From the IMG/VR virus record IMGVR_UViG_3300028048_001412, positions 1 through 45,857 of that record: a stretch of 45,857 bases of DNA. One strand, given 5' to 3'. Below are positions 39,104-45,857 of this stretch, in pieces (the stretch's first letter is position 1; each line of letters begins with the position of its first letter). Source of the DNA: a virus (taxonomy: Duplodnaviria > Heunggongvirae > Uroviricota > Caudoviricetes). The translations under genes were made by a program, and so were the position numbers. Under the pieces are notes generated by a model that was not told the origin of the DNA, ran no database searches, and saw only the letters and a list, made by a program, of their open reading frames with translations.

Positions 39104-39403
39104 TTAATCTGAGAATACACCACCAAAACCACCAGATTGGAAACCTTCTACATCTCTTACATTTTCCCATTGATCTAATGTGTTAAGGTTAGATTGTGCT
39201 CCAGATAGATCGTTATTATCTGTTAATTCATTTAAGTCTACACCAAATCCTGCTCTAACTGTATTAACAAATATATCAATTGTTTTTGCAACACCAAATC
39301 TTGCAACAGATATAACTGTAATAGCAACTAATACTACTAATATTGCTTTTAATATCCATTTACCTGCTACAATTATGACGTTACCTGATCCGCCTTCACC
39401 CAT
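39104..39403 (-). CDS. Small pilin-like protein (Flp-like position)
   Basis: 99 aa, Gly-rich leader + one TM helix, directly after tadC; AAGGAG RBS. Confidence 0.55.
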   Translation of the reverse strand: MGEGGSGNVIIVAGKWILKAILVVLVAITVISVARFGVAKTIDIFVNTVRAGFGVDLNELTDNNDLSGAQSNLNTLDQWENVRDVEGFQSGGFGGVFSD

Positions 39404-39481
39404 TTTTTATATCTCCTTTGTAATTTGATAATTTTTTTTTTAACTTGTCTCGTTTATAATGTCTTTAGTAATTATATATTA

Positions 39482-40471
39482 TTAACCAGTAAATATACCG
39501 GATTGTTGTACTACATATGCTAATGCTGCGATTGAAACTTGAATAACTATAAACATTATTGCCCATACAATTATTCTTGCTTCATATTCTTTTTGTCTAC
39601 ATTTTTCATATATCTTATTTTCTTTTTCTTTAAGAACGGCGGCTCTCATACCTCTTAATTCTGTTTCTGAATCATCACCACCTCTAATTAATTGTTGTTC
39701 TATAACTAATAATCTACTTAAATTAGTAACATCTGCATACATGTCAATTAATTCGTTTATTGCTTCTTCTTCAGATGTCGTTCTTATTAAAAAAAGACCT
39801 ATTCTAGTAAATAATAATAAATCATAATTTTGACTTAATTTTTGAAATACTAATAATCCTCTTTCCAATGGCTTCTTATGATTATGAATAAGAATTTGAT
39901 ATTGGCTTAAAAAGAAATCTCCGAAACCATCTTCCAATCTATAGTTCTGCCCATTTATAGTTCCTTGAATCACTAGATATTTAACAATGAATAAATATAC
40001 CCATGCACAAGCTAATATTCCAAAATAAATAGGTAATATTTTTATTCTTAAAAAATATTTAGTAACTAATAATACTATAACAGATATTATTGAAGTTGCT
40101 ATAAAATATATAATTTGTTGAGCATTGAACTTTTTATAAGTTACTTTTTCACTTGAAGTTAAAATATAAAATCTTTGTAATATTTTATTTCTTCTTTGTT
40201 CTTCAAGATCAGAAATCCAATATAATTTACGTGATTCTTTGAATTTAATTATTATATTTTGAAGTCTACCTACATAATAATTAAAATTCTTTTTTAATCT
40301 TATTTGTAAATTATCTTCTCTGGAATTTAATTTATCTGCTAAATCTTTAGATAAAGTAAATCCTAAATATTTTGCTAAACAAATTACACTTATAGTAGCT
40401 ACAAATATAAATGCTAATATGAAAACGTAATCGTAATTTTGTTCTTGAGTTACATTTAAGGAATTTAACAT
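39482..40471 (-). CDS. tadC: TadC-like inner-membrane platform protein
   Basis: TM - helical - 2TM - helical - TM topology, coupled to a tadB-like gene. Confidence 0.65.
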   Translation of the reverse strand: MLNSLNVTQEQNYDYVFILAFIFVATISVICLAKYLGFTLSKDLADKLNSREDNLQIRLKKNFNYYVGRLQNIIIKFKESRKLYWISDLEEQRRNKILQRFYILTSSEKVTYKKFNAQQIIYFIATSIISVIVLLVTKYFLRIKILPIYFGILACAWVYLFIVKYLVIQGTINGQNYRLEDGFGDFFLSQYQILIHNHKKPLERGLLVFQKLSQNYDLLLFTRIGLFLIRTTSEEEAINELIDMYADVTNLSRLLVIEQQLIRGGDDSETELRGMRAAVLKEKENKIYEKCRQKEYEARIIVWAIMFIVIQVSIAALAYVVQQSGIFTG

Positions 40472-41424
40472 TACAATTCCTCCGCTTTCATAATATTTAT
40501 TCTTAAGTAAACCGCTAATACAACCATTATATTAACTATAGTAAGTATTTGACCCATAAAGAATTTTAAATAAAACCATCTTACTGCTTTAATCATTATT
40601 ATTTCTAATACTAATAATGCTAATGCCATAATCAATGCTACAACGAATTGATTAAATATTCTTCTCATTGTTTTATTAAGTTCTGATCTAGCTAATTTAC
40701 GAATATTATTTAATTCAACTATATCTTTAAATGTTTCAATAGTTCCTTCTTCTCTATAATTCATTTCTATATTGACTTTAGATAAAAAGTCATAACTTAC
40801 ATTACCTAAAGACATTTTAAGTATTCTTAATGCTTCTTCCGAATTATAATTTAAATTTTCTACGTTGTTTAAATAATCTTCATAATATTCTCTAATTGAT
40901 ACTGGAATTCTGTTTAAATTATCTCTAACTACTGTATTAAATCCTCTTCTCATTTCTATTGATAAAAGATTTTCAGTATCAATAACATCTATAATTCTTC
41001 TTTGTTTATGATGTAATGAAGTTGAAAATAATACACAAACTATACAAATAGCAATTAATGGATAAGTAACTATCAAAAGCCAATTGCCAGTAATACTTAC
41101 GAGTAAGAAAGTTACAAATCCACTCACTATATATAATAAAGTTTTAAAGAAAGTTAAACTAATTCCGTTAAATAATTCAATATCAATTCTTAATTCATTT
41201 AAAAATTGATTGTATTTATTTTCAAAAGTATTTCTATTTTTAAATAATTCTTCTTCTATTTTAGCATCTTTTTTTCTAATATATCTATTTATATTGATTA
41301 TAATACTTCTAATAAAAGATTTTCTCATGGAATTCATATCTATTTTTAACATAGATATTAATAATCCAGAGGCTAGTAAAAAAGTTACTAAAACTACTAT
41401 TCTTATATAAAATTCGGTCTTCAT
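40471..41424 (-). CDS. tadB: TadB-like inner-membrane platform protein
   Basis: TM - 2TM - T2SSF-like helical region - 2TM ending FY...GQILTIVN, a typical TadB C-terminus. Confidence 0.7.
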   Translation of the reverse strand: MKTEFYIRIVVLVTFLLASGLLISMLKIDMNSMRKSFIRSIIININRYIRKKDAKIEEELFKNRNTFENKYNQFLNELRIDIELFNGISLTFFKTLLYIVSGFVTFLLVSITGNWLLIVTYPLIAICIVCVLFSTSLHHKQRRIIDVIDTENLLSIEMRRGFNTVVRDNLNRIPVSIREYYEDYLNNVENLNYNSEEALRILKMSLGNVSYDFLSKVNIEMNYREEGTIETFKDIVELNNIRKLARSELNKTMRRIFNQFVVALIMALALLVLEIIMIKAVRWFYLKFFMGQILTIVNIMVVLAVYLRINIMKAEEL

Positions 41425-41433
41425 TAAATCCTT

Positions 41434-42237
41434 TTAATATCCTAATAATTTAATTATATTTTCTTGAATTATATTAAAGTTTGTTACATAATCATCTTTA
41501 GAATCATCATCTGAATAAATATAACAAGTTCCCATTTTTTCTAATTCATTAAATCTTTTTTTGTAAGGTAAAGAATTAGGAACATTTTCTTTATCACATT
41601 TATTTTCTATTTTAAATATAGGAACATCTTGAATTGTATTAAATAAAATTTCTTTATTTTTATCTTTATTTAATTTTCCAGATAATGAATCTACATTTAT
41701 TTCTATTAATAATTGAGATTCTTTAATTAGAGATTGCTCTAAATAATTAAATGATAAATCAGGATTGATATCCATTATAACTATATCGTAGAAATTTATA
41801 ATTTTGCCCATAGATTTTCTCATAAATTCAAAGTTATTTTGATCTTCATTGAAATTAAGTAAATCTATAAGTTTAAAAGGAGTTACTTGAATATATTCAA
41901 TTCCTTTTTTATCTTTAACTAATATTTTGTCAATTTCTTCAATATCTTTATTATAAATATATGTTCTTAATGATATATTATCTTTAGTTGGTGTATATTT
42001 ACAATAATGATAAGGTTTTAAGAAATTACCATCAATTACTAATACTCTATATCCTTTTTCTTTCAATGTATATGATAATAATCCTATAAATGAACTTACT
42101 CCTGCACCACCTTGATTACCATAAACACCAATTATTTTCTTTTTTCCTCTAGTCTTTTCTTCATCTTCTTGTCTACCTTCCTCACCATTAAATAAAGTAA
42201 AGAATTTATTTAATTTTTCTTTTACAAATGATTCCAT
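41434..42237 (-). CDS. ParA/MinD-like ATPase (CpaE/TadZ-like)
   Basis: IIGVYGNQGGAGVSS deviant Walker A, VLVIDGN, YDIVIMDI. Confidence 0.8.
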   Translation of the reverse strand: MESFVKEKLNKFFTLFNGEEGRQEDEEKTRGKKKIIGVYGNQGGAGVSSFIGLLSYTLKEKGYRVLVIDGNFLKPYHYCKYTPTKDNISLRTYIYNKDIEEIDKILVKDKKGIEYIQVTPFKLIDLLNFNEDQNNFEFMRKSMGKIINFYDIVIMDINPDLSFNYLEQSLIKESQLLIEINVDSLSGKLNKDKNKEILFNTIQDVPIFKIENKCDKENVPNSLPYKKRFNELEKMGTCYIYSDDDSKDDYVTNFNIIQENIIKLLGY

Positions 42238-42259
42238 GAAATAAACTCCTTAATCTTTA

Positions 42260-43144
42260 TTATTCAGCTTGTGGTAACGAAATTAAGAAAGTGGCTCCAT
42301 CTTTCTTTCTATATATGTTGTATAAATTTTCTTCTGTTGGAGTTACTGCTAACATTAAAGTTGCTGCTTTTATATTTCTCTTATAATCTTCTGTTTGCAT
42401 TAATTCTATTTTATCAGATGTTGGTAATGAATTTACATATTCATTATAATCTAAAATAGATTCTCCATTGGAATTCAAAATATCGGCTATTGATATATTT
42501 GTAAATAAATCATCTATTTGCAATAAGTCGAAATCAAAATATGTTTCTGAAGTTGATTTTCTTTTTACAGAAGATCTAACAACTGCAGTAGATAATGTTT
42601 TCTTATATAAGCATTTAATATTAATTCTATCTCCAACTTCTAATACTTTCTTAAATGTATTTAAGTTAGAACCTGAAACTGTTAATTCTATAATATTTTT
42701 ACCTGGATAACTATATAAAAACATTCTTGTTTTATCTTGATATGTCTTTATGCAATCTTCCCACATTAATAAATCACCATTCTTCTTAGAATAAGCAAAG
42801 AATACAGGTTCAGAAGAATTAACAATTTTATTAAGATTTTCTTTATTCCATTTAATTAATCTATTAGTAATCCCTGCTCTACTTTGCTCTAATCCATATC
42901 TATAAAATTCTTTTTCAGTCATCTTATACTCTTGTAAATTATCCATAGTTATCATTTGATTTCTAATTGAAGGTCCCCTTAAAGCAACTACAGAAATTGT
43001 ATTTTGAGTAAGAAGATAAGCATTTATATTTATAGCAGTTAAAACTATATAGAATATAATAGTTAATCCTAATATAATTCTTGTACTATATTTAGTAAAT
43101 GTTTCTTTACTAATTTTTAACGACTCTTTATGAAATCCAGCCAT
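42260..43144 (-). CDS. cpaB: CpaB/RcpC-like SAF-domain protein
   Basis: N-terminal TM, SAF-like VVAL...IRNQMITMDNL, LEVGDRINI and TLMLAVTPTE motifs; leads the Tad cluster. Confidence 0.7.
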   Translation of the reverse strand: MAGFHKESLKISKETFTKYSTRIILGLTIIFYIVLTAININAYLLTQNTISVVALRGPSIRNQMITMDNLQEYKMTEKEFYRYGLEQSRAGITNRLIKWNKENLNKIVNSSEPVFFAYSKKNGDLLMWEDCIKTYQDKTRMFLYSYPGKNIIELTVSGSNLNTFKKVLEVGDRINIKCLYKKTLSTAVVRSSVKRKSTSETYFDFDLLQIDDLFTNISIADILNSNGESILDYNEYVNSLPTSDKIELMQTEDYKRNIKAATLMLAVTPTEENLYNIYRKKDGATFLISLPQAE

Positions 43145-43173
43145 ATAACCTCACTAAAGTTTAAAATATAACA

Positions 43174-43356
43174 TTAAATAAATTTAAATTTCTTTTTCTT
43201 TTTCGGTTTTCTATTTTGCAAAAAGACTTCACAATTTTCTTCTTCTGGATATACTTGTTCCATATATTTAGAACTTAAACTAGAAGCACAATAAAAATAA
43301 CTGTGATCTCCTTTACAATATTTACAAAATTTACAACGTTTAATTACTTTATGCAA
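43174..43356 (-). CDS. Small Cys-rich basic protein
   Basis: GAGGT RBS + TTG; CKFCKYC...YC...NC pattern. Confidence 0.55.
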   Translation of the reverse strand: MHKVIKRCKFCKYCKGDHSYFYCASSLSSKYMEQVYPEEENCEVFLQNRKPKKKKKFKFI

Positions 43357-43417
43357 CTCGATTACCTCACGGAATTAAAATAATTATTAGAGTTTTGAAA
43401 AGATCTCCTACTTTTAT

Positions 43418-43567
43418 TTATGCTTCTATGATTTCTAATTTATTTTGCAATGTCTTTTTCATAGTTTCAATAATGTCATAATCATCCTTATTCATTATTG
43501 ATTCCAAACCTTCTTTATAATCATTTAGTATTGCTACCAGTACTCTTGCTTCTGCTCTATCTATCAT
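43418..43567 (-). CDS. Small hypothetical protein (49 aa)
   Basis: Manual translation MIDRAEARVLVAILNDYKEGLESIMNKDDYDIIETMKKTLQNKLEIIEA*; GTAGGT RBS; below the ORF-track cutoff. Confidence 0.55.
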   Translation of the reverse strand: MIDRAEARVLVAILNDYKEGLESIMNKDDYDIIETMKKTLQNKLEIIEA

Positions 43568-43593
43568 ATGAATTACCTACCTAAATGTATATT

Positions 43594-43636
43594 AAAAAAC
43601 AGAGGAGAATATTTATTTGAATTCGCTATCCTCCTC
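43594..43636 (-). terminator. Intrinsic terminator with an overlapping alternative hairpin
   Basis: Minus strand GAGGAGGATA-(15 nt)-TATTCTCCTC-TGTTTTTT. Confidence 0.6.
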
Positions 43637-43764
43637 AAATTCTTGGCGAATTATATTCAATTAAATCTTATGAGAAATTTTTTATTTCTATACTTATATT
43701 TTAAAGTAATTGTATTAAAAATCATATAAAATATAATATAAGATTAATATTTAATAAATATTAC

Positions 43765-44916
43765 TTAATCTAGTATATTTAAGTACTTTTCTCCTTCTAA
43801 ATCAAATACTTCACCATTAATTTCCTTAAAATTAGTGATTTTTTGTGAACTTTCTACATAGATTTTACCTCTAGCATCTACAGTATAGTAATTTTTAGAG
43901 TTTTTATCATAATATACTCCAGAAGTTGCTAATTTTCCTTTTTTAGGAATTAATGTTAATTTACCTGCTTTTACTTTAATTGTGAAATTAGTTAATATAT
44001 TAGTAGCTGAAGTTACTTTTATATCTTTACTTGTATCTGCATTTACATTTTTAATTTCATTTGATTTTGTAGTAGAACTATTATTAGTATTTTCAGTTGA
44101 TTTAGTAGTGGAACTATTATTTATATTATTAGCATTATTAGAAGTATTATTTGAAGATGAATTTTTTGAATTAGGCGATTTTTTAACTGCTTTAGTTGTA
44201 TATTTTTTATCATTTACAATAGTATATAAATCACCCGCCGATTTATTAGTTGCTCCTGATACTGTTATAGAAGTTCCTGAATCATTTGCTTTATATAAAT
44301 CATATTTTTCATTATTTTTATCTAAAATCCAATATCCGCTATATAATGCTTCTTTTGATTCTTTATCAAATACTCCTTTTACTCCATCAAAATCATCATT
44401 CTCATATATATCTAATCCTATATCTTCTGCATCTACATTTGGAGTATATCCTGATTTAACTGATTTGTCACTGTTAAATAATACTTTGGAACCTTTTTCA
44501 TTTGTAATTGCTGAACCGCATATTCCATCTTCATCAAAGTAATATGCTTCAAAATTAGAACCCCATTTGACAATTACTATTTCATCTTGAACATATTCTG
44601 TAATAGCATATAATCCTAACTTTTTATCATTATCATCAGTTAATTGATCTGTCTCTGTTTCTAATACCAAATAATAATCATTTCCATATTTAAACCATTT
44701 AGGAGATGTTACTTTTGTTTTTGAAGTCCAATCATCTCCTATTGTTTGTCCAAATTGTAATGGAGAAGATGAATTACTTGGTGAATATAATTCTCCCTCA
44801 AATTTATTTCCTGATATTTTTTCACATAATTCATCATACATTTCATTAGCAAAAGCAGAGAAGCTTAATGCAAATGTACTTAAAATTATTGTTAATATTG
44901 TAATAATCTTTTTCAT
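43765..44916 (-). CDS. Secreted protein with divergent cell-wall-binding-like modules and Ser/Asn/Thr linker
   Basis: GAGGAG RBS, signal peptide (…SFSAFA), WFKYGNDYY / YYFDEDG motifs. Confidence 0.8.
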   Translation of the reverse strand: MKKIITILTIILSTFALSFSAFANEMYDELCEKISGNKFEGELYSPSNSSSPLQFGQTIGDDWTSKTKVTSPKWFKYGNDYYLVLETETDQLTDDNDKKLGLYAITEYVQDEIVIVKWGSNFEAYYFDEDGICGSAITNEKGSKVLFNSDKSVKSGYTPNVDAEDIGLDIYENDDFDGVKGVFDKESKEALYSGYWILDKNNEKYDLYKANDSGTSITVSGATNKSAGDLYTIVNDKKYTTKAVKKSPNSKNSSSNNTSNNANNINNSSTTKSTENTNNSSTTKSNEIKNVNADTSKDIKVTSATNILTNFTIKVKAGKLTLIPKKGKLATSGVYYDKNSKNYYTVDARGKIYVESSQKITNFKEINGEVFDLEGEKYLNILD

Positions 44917-44936
44917 AATTTACTCTTAACTCCTCT

Positions 44937-45857
44937 TTATTTTACTAAAAATTTAACATTTCCTATTTGAACTATTTCATATGTTCCGGCTGTTCCACCT
45001 AAATTACCAGTTTGAATATTTGTTATTTCACCATCTTCATTTAAAGTATAAGTTTTATTATCTACATTATTATAATATTTTCCATTAGATAAGAAAGTTT
45101 TATCTTTTAATGATAAAGATAATTCTCCATCTGAATTTACTTGGCTATTATTTACTGCACCTAATAAATTATTTACACTTGTATAATTAGTAGTAGTCGC
45201 AGTAGTATAAGTTTTAGTAGATGTATTTGTGGTTTTAGATGAACTAGATGATCCTGAATTTGATATTGAACCATTTACTACTTCTACTTCTTCTGCTTCT
45301 TCATATGATGAACCATTTTTCTTCAAATATTCATTTATTTTTGATAAAGAAGTTCCTGCGCTTGATATTGCTTTAGCATTTAATGGAGAAGTTGCATTTA
45401 TTAAAGAATAACTTGTATCTGTTTTCTTTAATATAAAGTAACCATTTCCTAATACTTTATAATTTTTAGAATCTTCTTTTTCTAATATATATTTTGTTCC
45501 GGTTGATTCAAATTCTGATTTATCATATACTTTTAATGATGATTCTGAATCATCCATTGATATTTCATGTCCTGATTTAATAGAACCATCTGTATTTAAT
45601 TGAATTAAACCTTTAGAACCTGACATTCCATTTGGTGAACTTAATAATTTACCATTGTCATCAAAAGTATAAAGTTTTTTATCTATAGCATATGTTCCTT
45701 CATTAATCAATTCACTTATTACATATTGACTTCCAGAACCTTTTAATCCTTTAGTTTGTTCTGATTTATTTTCATCTGACCAAGTTAATTTATTTTCAGT
45801 ATTAGTAGCAAAATACCAATCATTACCCCATTGAATCCAAACACCTGTTCCTTCAGT
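44937..45857 (-). CDS. Paralog of 43765..44916, N-terminus beyond the window edge
   Basis: Frame stays open from the TTG at 45710 to 45857 (TEGTGVWIQWGNDWYFATN...). Collinear motifs with the downstream gene. Confidence 0.8.
   Translation of the reverse strand, partial: TEGTGVWIQWGNDWYFATNTENKLTWSDENKSEQTKGLKGSGSQYVISELINEGTYAIDKKLYTFDDNGKLLSSPNGMSGSKGLIQLNTDGSIKSGHEISMDDSESSLKVYDKSEFESTGTKYILEKEDSKNYKVLGNGYFILKKTDTSYSLINATSPLNAKAISSAGTSLSKINEYLKKNGSSYEEAEEVEVVNGSISNSGSSSSSKTTNTSTKTYTTATTTNYTSVNNLLGAVNNSQVNSDGELSLSLKDKTFLSNGKYYNNVDNKTYTLNEDGEITNIQTGNLGGTAGTYEIVQIGNVKFLVK

Noticed and set aside
1632-45411. All plus-strand ORFs in the track (e.g. 4283..4723, 43982..44542)
   Set aside because: Each lies antisense to a longer, motif-bearing minus-strand gene and has the hydrophobic/Ser-Phe-Leu composition of shadow frames in AT-rich DNA.
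45708-45710. TTG start of the last ORF
   Set aside because: The frame remains open to the window edge and the upstream residues match the paralog, so the true start is outside the window.
1-45857. Alternative genetic code (stop-codon reassignment) as in some large phages or mollicutes
   Set aside because: Genes are full length and densely packed under the standard bacterial code. The only in-frame stop noticed is in the decayed tnpA.
1-45857. CRISPR array, tRNA or rRNA genes
   Set aside because: No regularly spaced repeats, cloverleaf or rRNA-like GC-rich tract was seen. Intergenic gaps are short.

Overview
Very AT-rich window (roughly one quarter G+C by eye) in which every credible gene is on the minus strand. 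Read in transcription order (high to low coordinates), it contains five blocks. (1) Two paralogous cell-wall-binding secreted proteins. (2) A divergent Tad/Flp-type pilus locus (CpaB/SAF, CpaE/TadZ, TadB, TadC, three atypical pilin-like proteins, TadA/CpaF ATPase) followed by three lipoproteins. (3) A ~7.6 kb cargo block: wHTH protein, DUF3990 ART-like toxin plus partner, an IS200/IS605 element with dead tnpA and intact tnpB, and an AAA ATPase. (4) Lipoproteins and large secreted/surface proteins, including a ~1950-aa LRR/Ig/InlB-B adhesin. (5) A phage/plasmid-like DNA-metabolism block: DnaQ-like multidomain protein, NAD-dependent ligase and HNH endonuclease. The cell-wall-binding repeats suggest a Clostridia/Lachnospiraceae-type host. 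The gene mix looks like a giant mobile element (megaplasmid, ICE or jumbo-phage-like) rather than core chromosome; this is inference. The most notable signal is an unannotated ~90-100-aa N-terminal domain fused to three unrelated cargoes, plus a truncated fourth copy split exactly by the IS605 element, which may be a delivery/targeting tag. A 47-bp single-hairpin IS605 relic is also present. All family assignments are from visual motif recognition, with no database searches.
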